From NCBI GenBank assembly GCA_020891255.1, contig BQFW01000014.1, positions 682,001 to 746,000 of the forward strand: a DNA stretch of 64,000 nt, given 5' to 3'. The translations under genes and the position numbers were made by a program. This document shows, piece after piece, positions 1 to 9,379 of this stretch. Position 1 is the first letter of the stretch; each line of letters starts with the position of its first letter. The stretch is from Entomortierella parvispora E1425 (Eukaryota > Fungi > Mortierellomycota). Below the pieces are notes generated by a model. That model saw nothing but the letters and a program-made list of their open reading frames with translations. It was not told the DNA's origin and did not search any database.

Positions 1-1649
1 AAAGTCGTAAGACGAAAATGAAAAATAGGGCGGTTGATCTGCCCGAAAATTTTAAAGACAGCTGGGTCTGAATTGAGATAAGGATTTTCGTCCTCCTCCA
101 CGGCGGTTGTGCAGGGGCAGGCTGGTGCACAGGGAGGGTTTGTGAAGAAGAAACGCAATCAAGCCACCATTGCATTATCCTCGAAAGCGGCTTAGACTTA
201 TTTTCATCACATGATCTGATGCCTTTTCAAATTGGTGGCGCATCAGGCAACTTTTTTTGAAGAAAGTCATCCACCCATTGTTGGTGCGACATTTGATATC
301 TTGAGATCGCTCGCTCTTCATCGGACACATTCTTTTGCAATTTACAGTCAATACTAACCCACATGGAGGCGGGGTGCACCCGGCGTGGATGACCAACCTT
401 TTTTTATCACTTTGCAGCCGAGCAGTTGCACTTGGAACCTCCTACTCCTACTCTCCCGCTCTCTCCGTGTCAGCAAGAATGATAGCGTCAACAGACATTG
501 GGCATTGGGACCCCGAGTGCCTTTGAGCAAGATGACGAAGTTTCCAAAGAAATAAAAAGCGTCTTCAGAAGAGCACTATCTACATGCGCTTCGAATTAGT
601 CTGGAAACTAGCCCTGTGCGCCATCTCTATTCAGGAACGGACGCGTTCATCAGAATTCTCTGGGTCAATAAAAGGTGCTGATCGCGTTCAGAACGCGACT
701 CTAATTTCCTTCCCATATATCCCGAGATCCTTGGCAGCGGGAGTGATCAAAGTAATGGGCACCTTCTACAAAGTCAAACTTACATGTGCAAACGGTAAGA
801 ACAGCAAATATGGCGAGGCGATGGCGCCCTGCCCTGAAGTCAAGTTATTTTTTGACTCGATTGTGAAATGAAGGCTCTCAAGTCGAGACAAGGTGCAAAT
901 TCCACTAAGGACATCAATTGCCTGCCCCCGTCGTGCGCTTGAATCCAATAGGAGCGCGGGTGGAGGACGAGCAGGCAAGCAATAATACTTGAGAGCTTTG
1001 TGTCCCTGTTGTTATTGTCCTTTGTCTCTTTCTTCTCTTTCGGTTGAGGAAGCACAGAAGGACTGGACTGGACCCACAGGGTCATGATGACAGACATCAC
1101 GGAAGCACTATAACATCTCGCTGCATCTGCATTTTGCATCTCTTTGTGCCTCTTCTCTCTTCTGGTTCCCCTTCCCTTCATTCGACCCACGCAGTGCTCG
1201 TGAACCTGCAATCCTTTTCCCTCCATCCCCTCCTCCCCCTTCCGTCTTCGTCCTCCCCTGCTCATTGCACTTGGTGCCTTGCCAATGCTCAGCACAACCA
1301 TCATCCACAACCCCTACTCGACTTCAACCTTCACCATCTCACTCTAACCGACTCAACAAACAGCCCATCAGAAGAAGAACAAAATAAGAACCGCACTCAT
1401 CCTTCCTCATCGTAAGCCCACCATTCATCCAGCTCGTTCTCTTTCCATCCCATCTTCCGCCCTCCTCGCTTGTCATCTCCATATATTCCAGTTATTCCTC
1501 GACTCTCTAGCCGTGGGCGCAACAGGCTTCATGTTGACATTTCTGTCCTTCTACTTACCCTAGCCATCGACACAACGACAGGAAAGTTCGCCACCTGTCC
1601 CATTCATAAACACCAAAAGCACACGTAATTGCGAGAAACCAAGTGCCCA

Positions 1650-3607
1650 ATGAGAATCTCGTGGGCCCTCCAGACCGCGGCCGTGTTCTGCCTAATTGCA
1701 GTTCATCCAGGTAACACAACCCTCACAGACAGCACTACCGACCTCCCTCTCCTTCTTCTTCCTCTTCCCGATATGTTCTCAGCAATTGTGGTATCAGCTG
1801 TCTTTGGGTCACCGTCAACAACACCATCCGCCCAGTCTCTCTTCCCTTCCCCATATCGTTTCATGGGCAGCCTATTCACACCGTGGACACGAAAAATAAG
1901 AAACATGTTCCGAAGATCATTGCTATTTTGACAAACAAATTTAAGGGAGAAAAATGCAACGGTCCATCTGCCCATGTGGATCGGTCTTTTAGCGGTCGAC
2001 CTTTTCAGGGGCACGCTCAGCGTCCATCGAGATTGCCAACGGGGGGCTAAGAACAGAGGGGGGGGGGGGGGGCAGAAGAAGAGTCAAGCGGAAAAAAGAG
2101 ATGGAAGAAAAAAGTGTCTGTGCCTCCATCCTCCGAAATATCTCGCTGTTCCTGCATGCAGCCTGAAATGTACCATTGGCGACGATCGCGTCTTTTTATA
2201 ATCTGACGCGGTTTATTAATACCATGTACCAAAAACCCCTTTGCTTACCGTACCCTTTGTCTCGCGTGTGTACTCTACTTTCCCTGCGCTCTAGCCTTGG
2301 CCGCCGAAAACAACGACGCTTCCGACAGCATCACGTTGGATTCAGCGCAGAAGGCCCCTACTCTGCACTTTTTCCAGAACTTTGCAGCGCCAGATGACAC
2401 CAAGGTTACGCTCCCGATCCACAACTCGAACCTCCTCACCCGCGCTGATGACCAGGAACCAAACAACAGCAGCGAGAGTAAGCACGATCGCCCCCGAGCT
2501 CGCCCAGGACCAGCTCGCTCTCACACCCCCCACCCTTCTGATCATCCTTACTTTAAGCCTGGACACGAGCCCCGCCATCGTCGTCCCACTGGACTTCCGG
2601 AGCATCACCACGAAAAGCCTCAACATACGAAGCCTCCTTGCACTACCTCCACCAAAGGTAAAGCTGACCCTAAGCCCACGAAGGATCCTCACCATAAGAA
2701 GCCTCCTTGCACAACCACGACCAAAGGCAAGGGCGATCCCAAGCCTACGAAGGATCCCCATCATGGAAAGCCCCCTCACCACAAGCCTACAAAGTCGACC
2801 GGCAAGAACAAACCCACTCACAAGCCCTCCAAGTCGACCGGCAAGCACAAGCCCACCCACAAACCCACCCACAAGCCCTCGCAAAAGCCAAAGCCGGAGC
2901 CTCACAAGCCCTCGAAAGGAGGTAGCAGTGTAGCTCCTAAGCCTACAACCGTCGTCGCACCTCCTCGTACGACCACGGATGCCCCAGCTGTGGTTCCAAC
3001 CCCTGTGATCCCTACCTCGCCCGCACTCCCTGCCCCAGCACCTAGTGGCGACTCGGCCGACGGACAGCCCTCTACCACGACAGCTCAGCCTTCTTCAGGC
3101 CTTGGAAGCGCCCCTAATACAAGCAAGATGTCTGGTGGCAGTGGCTCGTCCAATTTGGCAACAATCATGGGTGCCGCCGTAGGCTCTATCGCTCTCGTGG
3201 GTCTTGTGGCACTCGGAGTGTACCGTCGCAAGGAACGTAGACGCGACTTTGACCAAATGGGTGGCGGTCCTGAGGGTGCTGCCGGTGTCGGCATGGGTGC
3301 AGGTGGCCCCGCCGGAATGGATGAAGCCCCTCGCACTGCCTTTAGACACGAGTCCTTCATGGCCCTTGTGAAGGATGCCGCTCAAGGTTTCTACGCACCA
3401 GGAACGACCAGTCCAGGCCCCGGACCTTCACCCCTCTCCGCAGCTGCTGGCGCTGGCGCTGGTGCTGCAAGCCTGTCCCGTCAGACCAGTGCTCGGTCCC
3501 AGAACAGCCAACGTAGCATGCCTTATCGCCGCTCTGGCAACTTTTCCGGTCATGGTGTTCCCCCCTCGAGCCCTCCTCCTCTGGCCCATCTCGGAGGACG
3601 ATCTTAG
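1650..3607 (+). CDS. Type-I single-pass membrane/cell-surface protein: signal peptide, His/Lys/Pro-rich repeats, Ser/Thr/Pro stalk, TM helix, cytoplasmic tail
   Basis: Exon 1 1650-1710 encodes the signal-like MRISWALQTAAVFCLIAVHP, ending at donor CAG|GTAACA. Acceptor CTAG|CC at 2294/2295 joins in phase to the 2297-3607 ORF (whose listed start is TTG). TM segment ATIMGAAVGSIALVGLVALGVY is followed by basic RRKERRR. Confidence 0.8.
2630..2900 (+). repeat. Coding tandem repeats: 69-nt unit x2 (KPPCTTxTKGKxDPKPTKDPHH) followed by HKP[TS]KSTGK and HKPT repeats
   Basis: AAGCCTCCTTGCAC starts at 2630 and again at 2699. AAGTCGACCGGCAAG occurs twice downstream. Confidence 0.85.
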
Positions 3608-4225
3608 ACTCAGAGGAATACTCAAAGGAAAAGAACGATGAAGCCTCTTCAGGATAATAAAAAGGAAAACTCTGCAGGACTCGGTCATTCGTTTCCGATG
3701 TCAGGGTTTTTCTTTTCGGTTCTTTTCTTCTATTTCTCTTAAGACCTCAGGGCTTTTTTGACCTTGCTCGGATCATCTCATTAGCGGATTCTTCTTTTTA
3801 TCGTCTTTTGCTGTGCTGCTTCCCTTTGGTAATTTGTCCCGCAAGAAAACACACATAGTGAAGGGAAGAAGACAGCCAATTGAACGTGAAAGGAGATCCC
3901 GAGATGTAGGATTAGGCAGCCCTTTTCTTATTTTTCCTTTTTCTTTTACGAATCTATTTACGTATTCCCCACATACCCCTGTTACTTGATGAACATCTTG
4001 CCCATTGCAAAAAGCATAGAAAACTCCACTAATGACATTATGACAAAAAGCTCTAATAAAAAATTAAAAAAAAACTGAAAGCAGTCAAGCAATCGTCTTT
4101 TTTGAACATGGACTTCCAAGTAAAGTCGGTTGATCTTTTTTTTTTGGCCTGGGCCTCTCTTGATTTATTTGTATCCAGCAAAAGTGCTAGAGAATAAAAA
4201 GAGTAAAGACTCGACAAGACATCGT

Positions 4226-5664
4226 TTAGGCAACGACCTCAACGGGGGCAGCGGCAACGGGGGCAACCTCCTCGCGAGACTCAGAGACGGGGGCGAGGAC
4301 GGGGACCTCCTCCTTGGGCTCCATGATGGTGACCATATCGGGAAGAGGGTTCTTGGGGCCCATCTTGCCAGTGGGGTCCCAAGGCAACATGATCTTGACC
4401 TTGACACCCAAAACTCCCTGACGGAGGAGAACGTGACGGACGGCAGTGTCAACAAAGTCCTTGGTGGGCTGACCAGAGTGGATCATGAATCCATCAACGA
4501 ACTTCATGGACTTGGCACGAGCACCGCGGAGCTTTCCAGAGACAACAACCTCGCAACCCTTTCCACCAGACTCCATGATGTAACGGACAACACCGTAGCA
4601 AGCACGACGGACAGCAACTCCGTTAAGGAGCTTGTACTTCAAGGACTCGCACTGAGCAATGGCAGAGAGACCACGGAAGTTGACCTTCTCGGCGTAGAGC
4701 TCGACAGTGTTCTCGGGGAACTTGAAACGCTTCTGGACCAAAGAGGTCAACTCGCGGATGCGACGACCCTGGACACCAAGAATCTCCTGGGTCTGGGTGG
4801 CACGGATGATGATCTCAGTGCGGGCGGGGGTGACGCGGACCTCGACACCGGAGTAACCCTCAGCAGCGAGCTCGCGCTGGAAGAACTCGTTCAACTCGGC
4901 GTAGAAAACACCATCGGCGACGAACTAGATATTGAGTGAAATTAACGACGAGAGTGAAACGGAGAGGGGGTCAGAGGTTAGGACGTCTGTCTGCTTGCTT
5001 TGTTGCTGATATCCGAGAAGATATTTCCTGTCAATGAAAGAGAGTGTTTGTCGGTCGTCGTCTGTTGTTGGGTGCGATCGTCCTTCTTGGGTCCTGAATA
5101 ATGCAAACAAACAAACCAGAAAAAAGAACGATCCAGATGACTTTCTCACATGGAGTTGGTGGCTGTCTAGCAACAAGATCATCGCAACGACAGGACCAGT
5201 GGATTCAAGGAATCGTGGGTTCGTTACGACAACACTTTGCTATTCGACTGCATCCACTCTCTTCGAGCTTGTCATCCAGAGGAATCTTCAGTCTGCTTGT
5301 CCTTGCCCACCGTGATGCTGGATCGTAGGTTGGATCAGAGGTTCGACCTCCATGAGCACGGTGTTTCCTAAACTGCATCCTGTTACTCGAGATGGAATCG
5401 AGAATGGAATCCTCATTCATGCCTTTTTTCTTTCAGAGCGATGCTCGGATATTGAAAAAACACAATTCAAAAGATATCCATTCTACAGCGAACCATCCGT
5501 TGCCATCGATCCCGTGTATCTGTCCATCCGTCCTGGCTGACGATGGTGTCTGGTGCATCCATGACCCTCCTGTAGACGACTCGATGAGCACACCATCGAC
5601 ATTGATGGATAAGCAACAGCATCGTGCGCACCTTTCTCTTTTTGCTGATCTGAGCAGAGGCCAT
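4226..5664 (-). CDS. RPS3: 40S ribosomal protein S3 (uS3), copy 1, 243 aa
   Basis: Exon 1 5664-5632 ([11 protein letters not shown]), intron 5631-4925 (GTGCGC...CCTAAC...CTAG), exon 2 4924-4226 ([33 protein letters not shown]...[13 protein letters not shown]...). Unmistakable eukaryotic uS3. Confidence 0.98.
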
Positions 5665-5740
5665 GTTTGAAATAATGGAAGGAAGAGGGAGCTCCACTGG
5701 TGCCCACACAGACTCACATCAAATAATTCGATTTTGGTCA

Positions 5741-5748
5741 TGTGACTG
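5741..5748 (-). promoter_or_regulatory. Homol-D-like element CAGTCACA upstream of RPS3 copy 1
   Basis: The plus strand reads TGTGACTG at 5741-5748, 77 nt upstream of the ATG and 50 nt upstream of the pyrimidine tract CTCCCTCTTCCTTCC (5691-5677). Exact match to the fission-yeast ribosomal-protein Homol-D box. Confidence 0.7.
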
Positions 5749-6109
5749 GAATGTTTGCCACCAATTTTAATTTGCCGCCAAATCCCGGATGATAGGCGCG
5801 AGGTTGAGTCCTCACAACTTCAGATCCGTAGCCCTTCGTCTCCCTGGAGTCACCAATCTTGAAAGAATCAACCGAGACAATATCGCCGAGGCTGGACATA
5901 TCAGTGATTTAAAGGCCACTAATGTCAATGCAAGGTCATGAACTTTCAGATCTGGTCCTCTTCAGCAGTCATTTGCGCCACCCACTTTTCAAGCACTTGT
6001 GCAGCACAGGGTTCTTTCTTTTTTTTCCTTTCTTTTTTTTTGGCTCTTTCATTTTTTCAACTCTCCCCTCCACCAAAGCCGCTGCCACATTGCTCTTTCA
6101 GCTTTCATA

Positions 6110-7479
6110 ATGAACCCTTCTATACCCCTTGCCGTATCTCCTCCAACGGACAACTCAACTGTATCTCCTTTCTTCGAGAAGGGACATATTGTTGCTGGCC
6201 AAAGTCGAAAAAAGTCCATCAAGCTCTACTACGAAAAGACAGGGGCAGGGCCTCTCCTGTTGCTCTTCGTCATGGGACTGAACTCGCCTGGATGTGCTGG
6301 TGAATCAGTGGTACGTGGACGCAGAGGTGGGACCATGTCATACCCAGGTTTACTGGATCTAAAACTCCATCATTGACAAAAATTGCTTTGTCGGCAACGT
6401 AGGTCGCGGAATTTGCTAAGAAGCCAGAGTATACAATTGCCACCTTTGACAACCGAGGTGTTGGGTTCTCAGATTCTCCCTCAGGAATATACTCGTATGT
6501 GCCTCCTTGCAACTCGTATGCGGCTTCGCGTTCTAAGGGACCGCTTGAGATAGATCCTAATCGTTGTCTTTCTTTACTAATAGAACATCACAGATGGCGC
6601 AGGATACTTTGGATCTCTTGGATGGTCTCCAATGGAAGGAGAAAGTTCATGTTGTAGGGACCTCTTTGGGAGGGATGATCTCCTTAGAACTGGTCTTGAA
6701 GGATCCAACGAGATTCGCCTCCCTTTGTTTGGTCTCAACCAACGCCGGTAGAGCTCTCCCTCCGTTCTCTGCTTTGTCTTTTGTCTCTCGGGTCTCTACA
6801 GTTAAAGCCGAATCAAGACCCCTCGTCATTGTTCAAACATTGTTTCCCCAGGTAAAGAGAGAAAAAAACCGGATGGAAAGGGTCCATCTGACTTTGCCCA
6901 GACAGCCTTACGCCACAACCAAACTTCACGCCAAGCTTTTTTTTTTTTTTTTTTTTTTTTTGAAGTTTTCTGATTTATTTTCACAACCGCAAATAGGTAT
7001 GGTTGGAGAAACCTGCTCCAGAGGGCTCCAATTACAAGACAAACCAAGAACACACGATCGCTGTAAGAGACTCTTATTCTAGGTGGAGTGGAGTGGTGGA
7101 GTTTCTTTTTCGCATTGGTTGTTAACACATCGCCTGAATCATTCTTATACACAAGGGCATCGAAAAGATGTTTCGTGACAGGCCGCCACAGACCATTCAG
7201 GGCAGTATGGGACAAACCATGGCGGCTGGACTTCACTATGTCAGTCCAAAACGTTTGTCCATGATCCGAGCCAGTGGTCTACCTGTCTTGGTCATGACAG
7301 GCACAGACGATAAGATGGTCTCCCCCGAGGGATCTTATCATTTGCAAAAGGAACTGGGATCTCATATGGTGGTGTTTGAAGGAACGGGACACGGTATTGC
7401 CATGGAGTATCCGGAGACGTACTGTCGCCTTATTGATGAGCTGGTCCGCCATGGAAACAATGGTCGTTTTGAGCTCTAG
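6110..7479 (+). CDS. Alpha/beta-hydrolase fold protein (Abhydrolase_1-like), about 5 exons
   Basis: Spliced frames give LLFVMGL, TFDNRGVGFSD, nucleophile motif VVGTSLGGMIS, acid in VMTGTDDKMV and His in GTGHG. Introns have GT-AG ends (one AAG acceptor). Confidence 0.88.
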
Positions 7480-7591
7480 GGTAGGGTATTGATTTCTCTT
7501 CTGAGGTCTGCTGTCAGCATTTATTAATTGGTTCAGCAATAAAGAAAAAAAAACACAACGAAGTGTTGTTGGATTGCTCTGAAGATTAGAT

Positions 7592-8899
7592 TCAAGCAGC
7601 TTTGATTTGCTTCATCTTTGACTTCGCCATCTTCTTGTTCTGGGCGAGGTCATCCTCGGTTCCTGGGTGATCCCAAGACCTTGGTGCCAAAGCGACTGGT
7701 AGGACCCTAATAGTATCAAGTAAACAGTCCGTCAGATTTGGTCTTCCTTGTCATTGTTACTCAAAAGCAAGGAGAGTCCAAGAGTCAACCCAGTTACGCT
7801 TACCATGTCGCGGACAAGACAACGCCTTTTCCTACATCCTCAGCATTGATCACGGCCCATTGGAACCCCACCCAAGCCGAAATGATCCTTGACAGAGGTA
7901 CCAAAGCCGCTAATCCTGGAATGCCTGTGACAGCGCCAGACAAGAACCCGAAAAAGATCTGGCTGGTATTGGAGACCCGTTGCAACTTATTCATACATTT
8001 GTGAGGGACATAGATCTCGTAACCCCACCAATATGTGTAAGCGCTGATCACATTGGTAGGTGGGGCTTTTTGTAAGGCGGCAATTTGTTGTTTGATCGAG
8101 TTGAGGGTCGACACCAAGATAGACTTGTCCGCGGAGGCCGGGGAAGCGATAGTGGTTGTAGTTGTGGTGACAGTGCCACCGTTTGCATTAGTGGTTGATG
8201 TGGTCTTCATGGTCGTGTCGCTGCTGTTGCTGTTATCTGCCTCATTGCTTGCCGAGGCGGATATCTCCATAGCACTCTTGTGAAGGTCTTCTGTCACCGT
8301 GATAGTAGTCGTTGTTGTAGTCGTTGTTGAAGTCGAAGGGCGGGACGACCATAGGGATGAAAAAGAAACAGCCCACCAAGACGACGGAGCTTTCACATCC
8401 TCGGCTTCATTGTCTGTGTTGTCCACTGTCCCAGCATTCTGCCCAGAAGTGGATGATCCTGCTTCCTGAGATGATGAAGGCAATGGCTCTGAAGGTCCTG
8501 GGACTGATCCTGCTTCGGGTGGAGTGTGGTGTTTACTTGCTTCTCGACTATGAACGTCCTTGAACTCCACGACCGTTGGGTCTGGCATGGCCTTCAAAAT
8601 GGTAATGAGATCATTGACCTGAGCAGGAGGGGCTTTCTGTAAAGCTTTCACAGCCTTCTTCTTTTGGTAGCTATCAACATGAGTTTCATGGTTGGCACCT
8701 ACATGTCAGAATCAATGAGGTTTGGTTGAGTGAGGACCGCTGTCAGCAACATCAAATATTGGTTCCCGTTCTCCCTCGATGACCACTAGATGTTACCTGT
8801 GATGAGGTCGCGGATGGTGTGCGCAAGCCCAATATTGCGGGCTTCGGCTTCAACCTGTTTTTGGGAACTGCTTTGGAACAAATGCCGGATGGCTGCCAT
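7592..8899 (-). CDS. Uncharacterised protein with Ser/Thr-rich middle and a globular C-terminal domain (YTYWWGYEIY...GKGVVLSATW|VLPVALAPRSWD)
   Basis: The long ORF 7800-8651 extends by splicing. Upstream exon from ATG 8899 (MAAIRHLFQ...DLITG, donor ACAG|GTAAC). Last exon VLPVALAPRSWDHPG...KAA* ends at 7592. Start uncertain. Confidence 0.7.
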
Positions 8900-9379
8900 G
8901 CTGGGCCGTTAACAGAGCACAAAGCGCAGTTGAGAGTAGCGAACGTGTTTGTTGGATGCAAGGAAGAACGACGGGGGTGGCGGTGGTCGAAAGAAAAGAA
9001 GAAAGAAGCAAGAAGCAGACCTTGTTGCACCTGTTTATGACCCTGACCTCCTTTTACAACCATGATCAGGGTCCGTGACCTGAACAGGAGCAGAGGGTCT
9101 GTCCAGGCATAACAAAAAAAAATCGGGATGACTTTGACCAAGCCCCTATTGTGATCGAAAGCTGACGGCTGATCAGGCGACATCCGGGCGACATCCGGCA
9201 TTCTAGAGATGAATGGGGGTATGGTGGTATGATCAAAGAAGGGGAGAGGGTCGTAAAGTCGCATGTCGGTGAGACGTTGGGGCCTCACCGGAGACGCGTC
9301 CGTGTGGCTGGTCCCAGCGCGTGAAGAAACCCTTAAAGGGGTTATCTGATTTTTTTTTCTCTCTCTCTCCTCATGAGTC

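Noticed and set aside
4130-4939. 269-aa plus-strand ORF (and its twin 19245-19961)
   Set aside because: Antisense shadow of the codon-biased RPS3 exon; no independent protein features.
5325-5360. GGTTCGA T-loop-like motif suggesting a tRNA in the RPS3 intron
   Set aside because: Only a 5-bp hairpin; no acceptor stem, D-arm or anticodon arm could be built.
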